This document shows, in pieces, positions 26,672 to 41,937 of a stretch of 64,000 nucleotides of DNA. Source of the stretch: Seison nebaliae (lineage: Eukaryota); contig JALJEE010002408.1 of NCBI GenBank assembly GCA_023231475.1, forward strand, positions 1 to 64,000. The letters are read 5' to 3'. The notes below the pieces were generated by a model. That model searched no databases. It had not been told where the DNA came from and saw only the letters and a program-made list of their open reading frames with translations. Made by a program: the position numbers and the translations under genes. Each line of letters begins with the position of its first letter. Positions within the stretch are counted from its first letter, which is position 1.

Positions 26672-27855
26672 TTCAACCAAACATTTATTAAGAATTTAAA
26701 TGAAAAAACATAAATCAATAATTGAATAATCATGTGTTTTTTGTAAGAAATAAATTGTGAAATAATTTTCAGTCTAAAATTTAGACTCTAAATGTTTCAT
26801 TAATTACCTATTTAACTTTGGAACTATTTAATTCGAACATAAGAACATAATTCGAAAACGATTTAACTATGATCTAGTTTTGTAAAGTTATTAATGAAGT
26901 ATCAATCAATGTCAAAATACAGCTATATTCAAAAGTAATAAGATAAAATTATGTTCCTTTGATCTTTTTTTTTTAAAAAATATCTTTTTCGACGAAAAAG
27001 ACGATGTTCCTTCTTCCATCAGTGTTAGTCTTATAGTTCCTTCACTTGCATTCGAATACTATTTGAATGTCGAGGTTGAGTACTATGTTTATGTCAATTT
27101 TGCAGTATCAGAAATCAAACTAACATCATTTTAGGAGATATCCTCAAAAAATTTTAAAATTGAAGGTTCTTCATGAAGTTTCTCCAATAGAAAATTATCA
27201 GTTGCTCAGAACGCAGGAAGCAAGAAAAGTAACTGAATACTTAAATGTGTTTAATAAATAAGGTATGTGCAACGAAATAGATTGAACATTTTTCCCAACC
27301 AATAAATAATTTAACATTTATTCATTAAAAAAATTTTTAGTAGATGGTACAAAACTTTGCAAGAAGATTTTTCAATTTACATCTTTGTTTCATTATAAAA
27401 AGTTTATTATTTCCCTAAATTATGAAGTCATATGATGGAAAATTATAGAATTGTATTTTTCACTAATATGAAATCTGCATTTTTTATAAATATTCGGAGT
27501 TCATGTCATTTCCTTTACTTTCCTTAATTCTCAATTTTTTTTCCGAATTATATGTAGTATTTTTGGATCTCCATTGAAAATGTATTTACTAAATATTTAA
27601 AATCATTATTTAATTGCCATAATCAATTTATAATATTATAGATCAATATCTATATTAGAAAACTAGAAGATTGAAAGCTAAATATTGAACATTAGAATTA
27701 AGCAAATTATTTTTGCTTTAGATTACCCTTTCAGTATGGTTAGTCAGCAAAATTTTAAATAAAATTAACGTTCAACATAGAAATGAAAACGTCGTAGTTA
27801 ATCTTGATTGATATTGGATAACAATAATTTACTTTGGCGGAAAGACTGATATAAA

Positions 27856-30800
27856 ATGAAGATATCTCAACTATTCTCTGTAATCTCAGTTGTGTTTCTC
27901 GGAATAATTGTAAGAAAATGTATTATGGAAATCGATCGATGTTATTATTCATATTTAAGATTTGAAAACATGAAGCCGATGGATTTGGTCTTTGATGAAT
28001 TACGACAAAGTTCACCGGTTTTTATGAAATTTGCCACATTAACTTATTGTTTGACTACTTGTGATCATTTCGGAGAGTTATGTATGGGCATAAGTAGAAT
28101 AAGAACGGGAACATATAAAGGAATGTGTCACTTAATTATTGGGAACCGAAATCGAATGAATATGACGGTGAAAAGTGTACTACATTATATCGAGAGAAAT
28201 GTTTGGTGGGAATCGTTTATCAAAGTCGAATCACAAAGATCATGTTGTGGTGTGAGTAATATGTATGAATCTCTTCAACTTTGTAAATTTAATCTCAACG
28301 AAGGTTTACGTATGAAATTAGGAAATCATTTCTTTCAACATGAAATTCGTGTTTCGGAAATTGAATGTGTTATCAGATGTTCTGGTGTTCATGAATGTCA
28401 TGGTTACTCAGTTCAAACGATTACGAGAGAAAAGAAAATTTGTCTATTCTTCGATGATATCAATTCGAAAATTGAAGATTTTGAAATTGAAGAATATTGG
28501 CATACGATGATTAAAGACGGAGATTCTTGTTCGAATAAATATTCAAAATTGCAGAAGGAAAGTATTCAATATAATTCGTCCTTCCTCGTTCCAGGTGGTC
28601 ATGTACTATTAGATTTAGGAGGTGAAACTAAAGAACCGATTTATTCAACGAAAAGTGTTAGTAAAACGAAGACTAAAATTCTTGAACAATTAAGTGGTAA
28701 TATGTTCCAAGAGGAACATGATCGAGAAAATTTGTTAAGTCTAATGGTTTATCCATTTAATACTCATGATCGATGGAGGAGAGATAGTAGTAGATCGAGA
28801 AATAAGGCGCGTATTAAAACAGAAGAATTAAAGAAGAAAATGAAAAAGAAAGAAAAAAAAGATGAGCTACAAAGAAGAATGAAATCAGAAGTGAAGGAAA
28901 TGAACAAATTGAAACGAATGAATAAAACGGAACAAAAAGACGAAATGAGGAATAATCGATTATGGGAGAAAGTGAAGAATAAAGAAGACACACTTGGCGT
29001 CATAAAAACTTCAATGACATTAGCAGAAATTCGATTACTTAATAATACGACATGGAAACAATTTGACACAATTTGTAGTCGAGTTTTCGATGTTGAGTTA
29101 AATAAGAAAGATCAGAAATTGTTGGCAAAGAACCATCAAAAAAATGAATGGAAAGTTCATCCAAAATCCGTTTCGACTTATGTAATTTGTCGACCGTTGT
29201 TATCGATGATGATCGAGAAACAAGAATTTGCAGCTGATATGGACAAAGGTGGAACGGCGATTACTAATCCGATATGTGTCGATTCGGTTGTGGAGGACAT
29301 GTATATTCAAACGATCGAGACGACTGAACATCGATTAGAAGAACATTTTGAACCATTACAATGTACAGATAAAACGAATACGAAATTACGTTGTATTTTA
29401 ATGTCAGAAATCTCATTTATAAGTGCTTCATTACAACGACAAAATTATATAACTCATCCATTTCTCAAAGGATCAACATCGTCTGATATTATCGATTGTT
29501 TCGATATTTATATTAGTCGAATGATCCGTTCTCGTGCTGCCATTCTAAGAACATTTCGTTGTTCGTTAGAACATTGTGTCAAAATTTGTTTGAGTTTAGT
29601 CCAATGTACAACCATTTCCTTCTCACGAGCATTAACACAACAATCGGATAATATTTGCATTATCAGTTCGTCAGCCATCATGGACGAATATTTCATTCGG
29701 TTGAACATTCAAGGAATTGTGACGACTGATCTGAAATGGGTAACGTTAATTCGTAAACGTGAATGTCTACCACATTTTGTGTTTGATACATTTCCAGAAG
29801 AGACGTGTCTTGTTCAATATCTCGTTCTACAAAACATTTATATTCCGAATAGAATTTTAAAAAATTTAATAGTCATCAAAGGAATTACGGCGATGGGAAC
29901 GTGTAAAATTATTTGTGATAAATTCGAATATACTAAGAATTGTGTTGGGGTTATCTATTCGATGGATGATGCGACATGCTCCTTATTATCAGCATTTGAC
30001 ATATTAAATTCTCTTTCGTTCAGTTTCAATTTTGGAAACGAATCAGAAACTTATAATATTTATATTAGGAAGAGTTGTCGTTTTAATTATAATGAGGATG
30101 TGATGTTATTTCATGTACAGAATCGAATTCATAATATTCTCAAGATGAGCGAGACGTATAGTGGAAGAAATCGTAAATTAAATAGTTATTGGAATAATTA
30201 TCTTCATCTCTACAATCATCGACCGATGGATCCCTTCAAGAAATATTTTCGACCATCAGCCGAAAGTTGTATGCAGAGTTGTCAAAGTGTTGTAGAAGGA
30301 GAATGTAAGACATTTGCTTATCGCGAACAAGTGATGAATATGATGGACGAAGATAATTGTTATCTTTATAATTCGGTGGTTGAATCCATCGAGAATAAGG
30401 ATAATTGGACGACGTATTATCATTACTCGAATAATCGAGAAAGTGTACCGATGTATCTTCAAATTTCAAACACTAATGAAAAGAACAGTTTCCTTTTGCC
30501 CGATATCTTAAAGAATACTCCTCCAAAAATTAAGGAACCATTTGAACCGATAATGTTGAACTTTAATAAAACTGAAGAGAATAAAGTGAAAAAACCACCG
30601 ACAAAAAAGCCACCGACAAAAAAACCACCTACAAAAAAACAACCAACAAAAAAACCACCAACAAAAAAACCACCCGCTAAAAAACCAGCAACGTTAACTG
30701 ATAGTAAAAAGAAAAATATTACATTTAGCACAGAGAATGCAAGGAAATATCGTCAAATTAGAAATAGAAAATATCAAAACCATTTTCCTCATGAACAAAA

Positions 30801-33800
30801 GTTACGTAGACATAATTCGATGTACGAAAAAGAGCAACGAGATTTGGATAAACAGTTTAAATTAGTTAGACAATTGGAACAACACGAACATGATGTAGGA
30901 ACGAAAGACTATTTAAAATCAATCATAAAAAATATTCATCCTCGCACACATGAAAGACCTCCAACTATCCATTGTACGTATTTTGCGAGACAGGAAACAA
31001 AAATCTCTTCAAAAGACACAATTATTTATAAACTCGATAATATCATTGACATGAGTACATGTACATTGTCGTGTAGTCAAATTTCGCTTTGTATGTTTGC
31101 TGAATTAATTTGGATTATCTTTTCATATCGTTGTCTCTTACATAATTCGAATGTTCGTCTGGGCTCTGAATATTCTTCAGTAACGACTCTTTATCAGAAA
31201 CAATACTGCTTTCCTGTACTTCCAACTTACTTGTCATTATTCATTCATGGTGAGCCCAGTTCACGTTTCTGTCTACATTCTTATGACTTGTTAAAAAATA
31301 TGAAACCCAACAAAGCTTTAAACGCCCTTAATCGACCAATTGAAGTTCAACCGTTTATTGTGTCGAGAGAATTCCTTCGTCAAATCGAACGAATGTATGA
31401 AGATACGAATGCTACAAATCGATTTTCGGTTTTATATGATGATAGTTACTATTACCCCCAACCAAATATTGAGACTAGTTTGATGAATTTCGTAAAGAAT
31501 CATCGATTACAATATAAGAAATATTGTGACGCATTACCATCATGTGCGGCGATCTACATAGGCATTAAATCGAAAATTCAAAGTGAGGAACATAATATTC
31601 TAAAGTTACATAACGCCACCGAGAAATTGAGTGAGCATGGAACGTTGTTACACAGACTCTTCCATAACAGACCTCGAAATGTTTCACTTCCGTTTGTGAA
31701 GAAGACTCGAGAACTTCTGGGTATTGAATATCGAATTCATTTCCAATTATTACAGTCGGCAGTAGAAACGAGTTTCATCAACACTTATCATATGAAATCA
31801 GATATTCTTAACATGGTCTTCACCAAATCTCATTGTCGTTCAAATAGTGACATTCTGAGTTTGATGAAATTTGATGAGAGAATTAATTGTAAACCGATTT
31901 ACCTTCGAGTAGATATTCCTTTCGTCAAATCAGTATACACATTTCATCTTTTACTGCACTCGAACAATAAGGAACTACGATTGATAGGTATCATTGTGAA
32001 TAATGATAATCGAGTTGAATTCATCGATTTCTGCATTAGTAAATGTGATTTGGATGAGGAATGTCGATCAATTTTTGTGATAAATTATCAGTTATGTCTT
32101 ATGATGGGAACATTCGTAACAGATCGTATGTTGACGACTGATTATGATGAGAAGATTCATGCGTTGCATTGTGAAAATAAAAAGTTCGTTAATACACAAT
32201 ATGTATTTGGAGAGTATTTGTTTAATGCTTTATGTCAGAAAATCGTTATTAGTTCTATGTTCTTTCTGAGAGATAATTGTGAGGATTATGTTATGCGACA
32301 ACCGGAGAAAGCTCCGTTACGAAAAGCGGAGGCTGATTTCCAACGTCGAACACATAATAATACGATATTTATGAAAGCAGGAATGCAAAACTATACGAAT
32401 ATTCTCGGTTCACATTGTGATTATAGTGAACATCTTAATCGGAAGCCACCAGGTCCTGGATTTACTATTCTTGCGTTTAGTGATCGAAGTCTGAAACAAT
32501 GTCGAGATGATTGTGATAATATGATGGAATGTACATCGTTCGCTTATCGAACTTCCCCTAAACGTAACGAGAAATTACTTATTTCAACTATTTGTTTGTT
32601 ACTCGATCTTCGATTGAGTGACACTTTAGTCGAAATGGATGAATGGACTGCTTATATAAAGAAAAATTGTGATGCACCTGTTGTGCATGACCAAAGGAAT
32701 ATCGTTGAACATATGAGAGCTTCACATGAATGTGAAATGAAATTATCAAACAGTTATTTATGTCAAACGTTGAAAGGCAATCATAAATATCGATTGCACG
32801 AACAGAATTATGTATCAACAGATCAAGCGAAAAAGATGATCAAAATCACCAATAAAGTTATTCATCAAATCGAGAATCATGTTTATTCTGATATGGATCA
32901 ATCGTGCATGCTAAATGAGAAGACCGGTGTTTGGGCTCCTTCTAATAAATCATTTATGGACGTTCGCAAATTGAGGAATGCGGGGAATGATTTGAATTTC
33001 AAAGAGCCGAATTCGCTCGAATTTGACGACGAAGATGGCGATCAAACTGATAATGATGATTATTATGGTTCTCATCCGAATAGGAAATTGAAACCTAAAG
33101 TTAACAGGTCGTTATATGACCAATATTATTTGGATGATACTCCTGATAGGAAGAAACAGAAAAGTATCGTACAACAAATTCGAGCGAATGTTGCCGCAAA
33201 AATTTCCCAACAAAGAAAAAAACGAGGTCGAATGATGGATAAATATCGAATTGTTAATAATGAACTACCAACTAATAAAATGGCGACTCACCTCAGATGT
33301 TCATATCGAGTGTTTGAGGGTAAAGATGCTGATATAATTGGCGAATGGCGCAATTCGTTATCATCGAACAGTGCACGGAAAGGAGTACCAAAAAATATTT
33401 TGAAAGAACAAGCGAGAAGAGAGAAGCAAGCATTGAAAGTTGGACGAACTGAATCGTTACTAGTACCGGGTGATAGCGATTATCGGATATTTGCTTCTCA
33501 ATGTTTCAAATATTGTAATAATTTTCTTTCTTGTTCGTCGTTCGTTTTCTATCCGAAAAATCAGTGGGTAAGAGGCAATCGTCGTTTATTGAAATATAAT
33601 CAAAGTATCGAATATGAAGAAGCATCGAGATATGGTGAGGGTCGATGTCTACTTTATGTTCGATCTTCAAATATGGTAACGTTTCGAAACCATTCTACGG
33701 CGATAACATTTGTGAAACATTGTACTGAATTCGATAAGCAACCAAATGTTCAGGCGACAGGTGAATATGAGAAAGTTCAAGCGAACAAATATGATAATTG

Positions 33801-36800
33801 TGCTCCAAATTGGCTGAAGTTGGTAGGACAGAAATTCCGTTATTTCACCTTTCTCCTCCGCACTATGCATGGAGTCACATTGACAATGTGTAAAGACGAA
33901 TGTACTTGTAGGAAGGATTGTATGGCAATATCATTCAAAGAAGGAAAGGAAACGGTAAATAATTTATTAAAAGCAAAAGAACAAAATGAATTTAGTGGAA
34001 TTGATAAACATTCTCTAAAATATTCAGTTTGTGTTCTTCTTACCTCGAATGACGAGAAGACGTTTCGTAACATTGATATCATGAATGAATTTGGTTATTG
34101 GACATCTTATTTGCGATCTGGATGTTTCAATGACTTACCTGTCACTCTTTCTTCATTTGATCCGGAGAAAGAACGTGAGAAATTATTAGAGGAATCTGTA
34201 AATAAAATGAACGATCGAACTTCTCATAAACTTTCGTTGACGGAGAGTCGAACATCCTTACTTCATCAAGTTAATCTGATTGATGGAGGACATCTGTTGA
34301 GAGCCTCAGAATGTCATCCTACTTGGATAAATATCCATCGAATTAAACCAATTAATGATTCCATCATATTAGCACAAGGAAATTATAATGATTTAGATCT
34401 TTGTCAACTCAACTGTGTACAAGCGGCACAATGTGTAGGCATCGTGATATGTAGTCGAGGTTACTGTGCCGGAGAATGTCAATTATTGTTATCTGCAGAT
34501 TCAATTTTTTATGATATGGATCAATATTGGACTGGCTTTTTCAAACCATGGTGTTTATTAACACAGTCATCTAATGCATTAGATCTTCATCCAAGTATTA
34601 TGAGTAATTATTTCACTTTCATACGATCCATTCATCGACGGTATGATATCGATAATAGTCATTGTTTAAGACAATCACATACTTGCAAATTAATTGAAGT
34701 AACTAATGTCAAATCTGGTGGTCCATGTCGTTGTCAACAACTATGTTCTTGGGAATTATCATGTCGGGCAGCAGAATTCACTACGAACGGACCACATTTT
34801 GGCACTTGTCGATTACTCAATTCTCGAGTGAGTGCTGGTGATATGGTTTTCTCAACCCAGTCCGAAATTTACGTTAAAGTCATTCTTAGTCAAGAATTGC
34901 AAAGACTTAATTTAGAAAATCAAATGTTGAAATCATCATTAGGTTTCCGTTTTCTGATTGAAATCAATTAACTTTTTCTTTTTTCAGAAAATGACATCCT
35001 CGTCTTCGTGAACAAGAACAATATGGCATCAGAAGCTGGAACTAAATCTGGTAAAGAAACTATTATTGAAGATATGACGGATTGTCTAAGTTCGATATTT
35101 TTTCATTTATCACTCTCAAATATTGAACTTATCTGTTGATAGATCTCCAATTGTTTAAGACGAATTTGGAAATTAATTTGAGGAAGTTCGATCAAATCCA
35201 TTTTGGTAAGAAGGGCGACAAATCTAAAGGAAACAGTTAGTTCTTCTTTATTCGTTATCATTTCATCAAATTTTTATTAATTTGTTAAATTGTTAATATT
35301 GTAAGAAGGGAAATTCAATTCCAAAAAATTAGAATCAACTGATTCTGAATCGAAAAATATTGAATCAAAACATTCGGACTCAAAAGATTCTCAATCAAAA
35401 GATTCCCCTTCGAAGGATTCGGAAGATTCTAAATCGAACAATGGGAAATCTCAAGATAGAAAGATGAAAAGGAAAGCAATACCGTTCCATCATATTTATC
35501 CGAAATACAAATTTGGATATCGTCCTTACGATAATCAGCACAAAGGAATGACGAATTGTATTGATCAATATAAGATGTTAAATCGTCGGAAATATTCCGA
35601 TAACATTATGCCAATCGTTCAATTGGCAACACGCAATATATTACAATGTAAGAGGCAATGTAGAAAGATGAAAGATTGTTTCGCTATTAATTATTCACAA
35701 CTTCCAATCTCTTGGACGGATAGAAGGAAACTTTGTCAGATATTCGATGAACGATCACCTGGTCATCTGGTTGAATCTCCGTTCCATTCTACATATATCC
35801 GATTAAGACGGTGTAAACGGACAATAAATGAAACGAGTGAATATACGAGTGGTTGTCATCATAATTATCGAGTACATCTCCAGAAATCGATTGAAGGTGC
35901 TGCCATATTTTTGGATATAAAAGATAATATTACTCGATTGGCTTGTGTGAATTTATGTGATCAATTGAATTTATGTCGAGGATTCACTTTCGTCTATATT
36001 AAAGGTAATATTAGCACTTGTCGTTTATTTGAACGAATTCCAGTTTTCTCATTAGTTCAACGTCAATTTCATAGAACATTTCTGAAAGGATTATGTATAA
36101 CAGATCAATATTCATCTCATGAAAGATATAAGAAAGAAGTTGATCCAATTCAACTATCTACCAATATTCCCATACCAATACAGAAGAAATGTTTACCCAT
36201 TTTTTATTTGCATCGTTGTTATGAACCGTTTCTTGAGACTCCATTAAAAACTATTTCCCTTCTTGAGACAAACACAGATTGTCAACAATTATGTCTCGAA
36301 TCCGTCATTTGCACCGCTTATCAAATCGATGTAACGTCATTTGATTTGGGAACGATATCATTAATTAATATCATATCGAAAATAAATCGAACGGATTATG
36401 ATCCGATTCCACCTCAACGACATGAATATAGTGAAGAATCCCAAAACTTAACATGCAAACTTTATGGAGATGATATCATGAGGAAAAGTGAGGATGATGT
36501 TTGTCTAGCGAAAGAACTGGATTTTTCGAAAATAGTTTATGTCAGGAAATGTATGTATGAAAGTTAATCATCCTTTGTTTAAGAATGTTCGGTTTTAACG
36601 AATCTGATCTAATATATTTTTAGACGGAAGTGAAGTGACAACTGGAGATACTGATGAATGGTCTCACTCATGTACGTCTTACATGAAGGAACTGGGGAAA
36701 TATTTTAGCAGAAAATACGTCATCACAAATATTTTAAAAAAATATTCAAAAATTTATTCTTTCCGTTTATCAACGTCACGAAATATTAATGAGATGGTCT

Positions 36801-38326
36801 GCGTTTCATTATGTGAAAAGAATCGGAATTGTTTTATTATGAAATATTCTTGGCGACTTCGTCATTGTTATCTGGTTGAGAGAGTGTTCCATCGTAGAAT
36901 ACCTTCCACCTTATCATCGTTATCTTCTCTCGCTAACGCTTTAACATTACCATCTTTTAATAATCAACCGGAACATGTTATCTATTTGAAATTTAATCAT
37001 CTTTCATTCAAACCGGTGAATGATTATGTTTGTAATTCATATAAGGAGATCATAGGCAAACATCATGTATTCGATGCGGATTTGAATATGGTAGCATTGG
37101 ATCATGGTCTGATGTTCTTTGCAGAATTAACGGTCAACTTCGAAGAATGTCGACATGCTTGCACTGTCGTGCCTAATTGTGCAGGAATAATTTATGGATC
37201 TACTGATCATGGAGGCAGAAATTCTCTCTGTCTCCCATTCATGACTTACGTGTCGAGTTTTACAAAAGAGCCGATAAAATATTCGATAGTGAAAAATTTC
37301 CGAATTATGAACTTTCTCCATAAGATTAAAGATTGTAAGAATTCTTGGAATTGTCATATGACTCATTCGTCGTCAATGATGTATTTCTCTATGGCCGATA
37401 ATTGTAGTGAAGTTTTAGAAAGTTTTTTAGATGATCAAGAAACTATTGCGATAATTGATAATTATTCGAATATGTTGTCTTTGGAAAAGTGTCAGGATAT
37501 TTGTGTGAAACGATCATTAATTTGCAAAGCGATTTGGTTTTTCAAAGATGATGGGACAAAAGGAAATCGTTGTGTTCTTCTTAATTATCGATATCAATCC
37601 TTCTTCACTCAACTTCGAAATTCGAATTGTTATTGCAAAAATTCAGTTGGTACTCATAAAAGACGATCAGTTGTCGTCTTACAAAATATCCGATGTTCTC
37701 ATGATATAATTGAAGATAAACAATTCTTTCATAATCTATTCACTGATAAATGTAGATACTACAACAAAGTTTCAATTGACAGTTTCTTCAGGAAATTTTC
37801 CTTAATAGAATTAAAATTTCGATTATTCGATGTGGATAGTGAAGCTTGCAATAGAGTTTGTCAAATGTATGACGAATGTTACGGATATATCATGTCGGCA
37901 AGTGAGTGTAATATTTATCAAGAATTAACTTCAACCTATCAATTACAATTACCTCATGGTATTCTCAAATTACAAACAGAAGTAAATTTTCATAATTTTA
38001 ATCTTCCCAATAAGACTGATAATAACAAATCGATAAATGATACTGAAATGAACGAGAAGATCACTGGAAACACAGACGACAACAACATTTCCACCAATAA
38101 CACAAAGAGTGAGAAAGAGAGTGATAAGAGGAGAAAGGAGAAGGAAGATAATAATGATGATTTGACGAACGTTAATCGGAAGAATTATCAGGAAAGTAAT
38201 GAAGATGACAAGATCGATGAAACGAATTTAAAGGAGAATAAGAATAATGAGAAGATAAACGAGACGAATCAGAAGAAGAAAGATGATGTCTTCCTTGTTG
38301 GCTATGTGAAAAGTAATCGTTGCTAA
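27856..38326 (+). CDS. Giant secreted multi-PAN/apple-domain protein, ~3,400 aa, at least 5 exons
   Basis: Signal peptide, then many C..xC....C.(G/S/A)F.Y.....C.L modules. Exons 27856-34942, 34988-35089, 35143-35235, ~35309-36562, 36624-38326 splice in frame through four GTT..AG introns. The extreme C-terminus is uncertain (possible extra intron ending at 38333). Confidence 0.8.
30589..30693 (+). repeat. Coding tandem repeat, 7 x 15 bp (KKPPT)
   Basis: Translates as KKPPT KKPPT KKPPT KKQPT KKPPT KKPPA KKPAT inside the PAN protein. Confidence 0.9.
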
Positions 38327-40246
38327 TCAACAGGAGGAGAAGTTAAAGGAAAAAGAAAGATTTTGAGTGATAAGGATGTAAGTCGATTCTCCCAATGATC
38401 TGATTACGATTGAATGTAAAAAGGTTTTGGAGATTCATGTAAATTTGTAAAATATTCAGATATGTTCTTCCATTCTTTTCTTTATTTTAATAAACAAATT
38501 TATTTATCATCATCAGGATCTTCAATTCTCCTCTTTCTATTTCAACTGATTTTAATAGTTGATCTTTTTAAAACGAAATTCCACTTTCATTTACTTCGAT
38601 TGAATAGAGAAACAGTTCGACTCAAAGAAAACTTACCACCATCTAAATGAAATATGATCATCGACTTTTCCGGAAATTGACAAAATATCATTGACTCGAT
38701 ATTTGAGAAGCAGAAAATGACGATCGACCGATTTTCTTGCTCAATCAATAAACTCCTTGAAAGTCAATGTCATATTTTCTTGGAAGCAGCAAGAAATTCC
38801 ATAAAACATTTTTTATGGAAATCACAATTCTGTCACGTTTCCATTCGTTATCTTTTCCAACCGAACTCCAAAAAATTTTTATAGGAATTCGTCTAAATTT
38901 TTCCTCGATGAATAAAAACAGAAATCAGTTGGATTTAGTGGCGGCAAATGAAGAAAAAATGACACATTTCGCTTCATTCTTCACATTTATCCACTGAATG
39001 ACAATGGCGAGGACAATGAAGATGAAACAGAAATAACGGATAATGATCGAGATGACTTTCTGTGGAATAAAGTAGATGAAGGCGATTTCAGTGAAAACAA
39101 TAGTTAGATTGATAATAATAGGATTAAGACATTCTAGATCATCGTCATATTGAGGTGAAGAGTAACTTCACTTCAAATCTTCGAGAAAGAAGTGATGAAG
39201 AGGAATATTATTATTAAAAGAAGAAACCTAATTGGGTTGTCGCATTTAAAGACAATAAATAATAATTTGTTCCTAATCGAACGTAATTCCTCGTAGAAAA
39301 TTCATATTCTATTTTCGAAGGTTTAAAAAACAAATAGTTCAAACTAATCTATTATGTATCTCTATTGAACAGCAAGAGAATCGTTTACAATTATTTTCTT
39401 ACGATAAACAACTGTTCTAAATCGTTCCTTTTGTTTCTCCACCTACATTATTCATTGATGATAATCAAATCCAATACGTCAATGGAAGCTCAATGTTATA
39501 ACTTAATCGAATTTAATCTTATTGATTGTGTAAGCTAATATGAAATTGTAGTATAAGAAGTTGTCTATCTTTTATAGAAATCATTTATCGTTTGTCCATA
39601 ATAATATTGATTCGATTTCATCTAAACTGACACATCGAAATTGCCACATTTGAACGAACTTATTATTTTATCGGAAATTTAAGAAATGGAAGAGAGTATC
39701 GTTGATAGAAAGAAAATAGGATTACATTATCTAGAAACTCTTTCATAATGATAACACATTCTCAATCATTCTTCTTCAGTTAGTTAAACAGATTAGAAAT
39801 CAGCACTATCTATATCTCGATCAAATCATTCTTCTATTTTCTATTCGGATTTCGTAACATTTACCAATTCGTATCGTAATATTCTTATGATCGTGTTCTA
39901 TTCAAACGGATTGAAAAATGTTATTTACTTCAACAATCTAATAGCATGATTCACATAATACTTTCATTTATGACAGTACTATTCTTGTAATTCGATAATC
40001 AGTTGCCAATAATATAATAATCGAATATTTTGTTACTTCCATTCATTTACTCATCAATATTAAATTAGTTTTCTAGTAGGGAAGAATTCGAATTTTCCTT
40101 ATCTCAAACCATTTCAATCTGGGCGAATAAATAGGAGAAAACTCGATATAAACTTCTTCCATTAATATTGACTTGAACTAATTACTTATATTTCCAATTC
40201 TCCTCATAGTCGAACGTTTCTATTTTACCATCGATTCACTTCAATA

Positions 40247-41937
40247 ATGAATATATCGATAATTCTCATCTTATATTTATCGTTCTTACGAATAATAATA
40301 TGTCGTCGATATCTGGTACGACAACCATTTAAGGAACAATTAATACAACATCCTCAATCGCCCTGGAACAATAATGTCTTCAATTCGGCACCGAAACATT
40401 TAATCAACGAATGGTTCAAAAACAATTTTCAATCAACTAATCGGATCTATCCCATAACAACAACTCCATCGACCACCAATTTCAGACAAACATTCACCAG
40501 TAGAACAAAATACCAAAAAGGTATGTCGACGAAAAATCATAATTTGATGAATCCCAATCAATGGAGTATCAATTACAATTATAATACAAAACAATTAGCT
40601 TCCGGTATTCTTTAATTTCCCTTCAAATAATCTGATTTTATTTCAAATATCATTAGGTTGTGGTGGAGCGGAATTGAGAAAGAATTTCGGTTCGATCACT
40701 TATGATTCAAGTCGGATGAATCCCGTTTGTAACTGGGTGATACAATGTGCCGTAAATTATTTGACTGGAAAACCGAAAGTTAATTTTTCAGAGATGTCAA
40801 TTTGATAAATTTAAATTTTATCAGAAATTAAATATTTTCATTCAAGATTTGTTCATAACGAACTGTAACTCATTTAATAATGTTAAAGTGAAAGATTTCT
40901 TCAATCCCTTCAACGTTCAATCTTATTGCCAATCGAACACAAACATCAATTTCGATAGTGGAACGGCCATTGTGAAAATTCAGACTTCATTTTCAAATTC
41001 TAATTTTCTAAGAGTTTAATTTAAATTTTCCATTAATTCATTTCATTACGAATCTTTTTTGTATTAAGCTTCAATATAATTGTGAATCTCCAGTACCGAC
41101 ATTCCCACCGTTCAGACCAGTCACTTTACCCACAAGGGTAACATTTCCTCCGTTAACGTCTGCTAGATTACCAGTAGGCGTCACATTTCCTCCCATACCA
41201 AACGGCTTTTCAACTCCTGTCACATTTCCTCCCTTTAACACTAACTACCCATCAATCACTTTCCCGACAATTAGGCCTACATTTCCCCCATTATCTTTCC
41301 CGCCATTTACAACAGCCATACCTGTAACTTTTCCACCATTAAATCCTATACGAACAACCACTATCAACTATGGAAATGGTGTAACCTTTCCCCCACTATA
41401 CCCTCAACCCACACAACCTTTCGGAGCAATAACTTTTCCACCATTAAACCCACTACCGCCCATTACATTTCCACCATTTCCATACTATCCTAGAAAATGG
41501 GATTATCATAGAAACCGTTACAATAATAACATGAAATTACAAAAGAATTTTAATGAACCTCACAAATTTTATTCAACGACAAGAACAGTAATGGCAACAC
41601 ACAAAAAAACAACGACAACTCCACCGTTTAAAGACAATGACAATTATTATGATTATGAAAGTGAATTAATTTCATTAACCGGTTAATTTTGACGCACATT
41701 CACTATAATTTCACTTAATCATTTTTTTTCAGAAAAAGATATTTGTGATATTCTCTCACCTTGTGAAAACGGAGGAACGTGTATTTCCAGAAGAGATATG
41801 ACATATGTCTGTCAGTGTTTATATCCTTTCACCGGTATCGTTTGTGGACAATCGATGTTCGTTCTGTGGAAAACTAAATATTAATTAATTAACAACAATT
41901 AACAACAATCCATTTTAGAGTATACAGTATTATATAA
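40247..41937 (+). CDS. Secreted CUB-like + TFPP-repeat + EGF protein, ~474 aa, 6 exons
   Basis: Exons 40247-40604, 40657-40778, 40825-41013, 41069-41681, 41733-41856, 41919-41937. Signal peptide; CUB-like GCGG...G.ITY...CNWVIQC; Pro/Thr-rich TFPP repeats; EGF CDILSPCENGGTC...CQCLYPFTGIVC. Mostly missed by the ORF track. Confidence 0.8.

Noticed and set aside
38900..39300. Hydrophobic minus-strand reading frame resembling a membrane protein
   Set aside because: No start codon, bounded by stops, and best explained as the antisense of an acidic plus-strand sequence.
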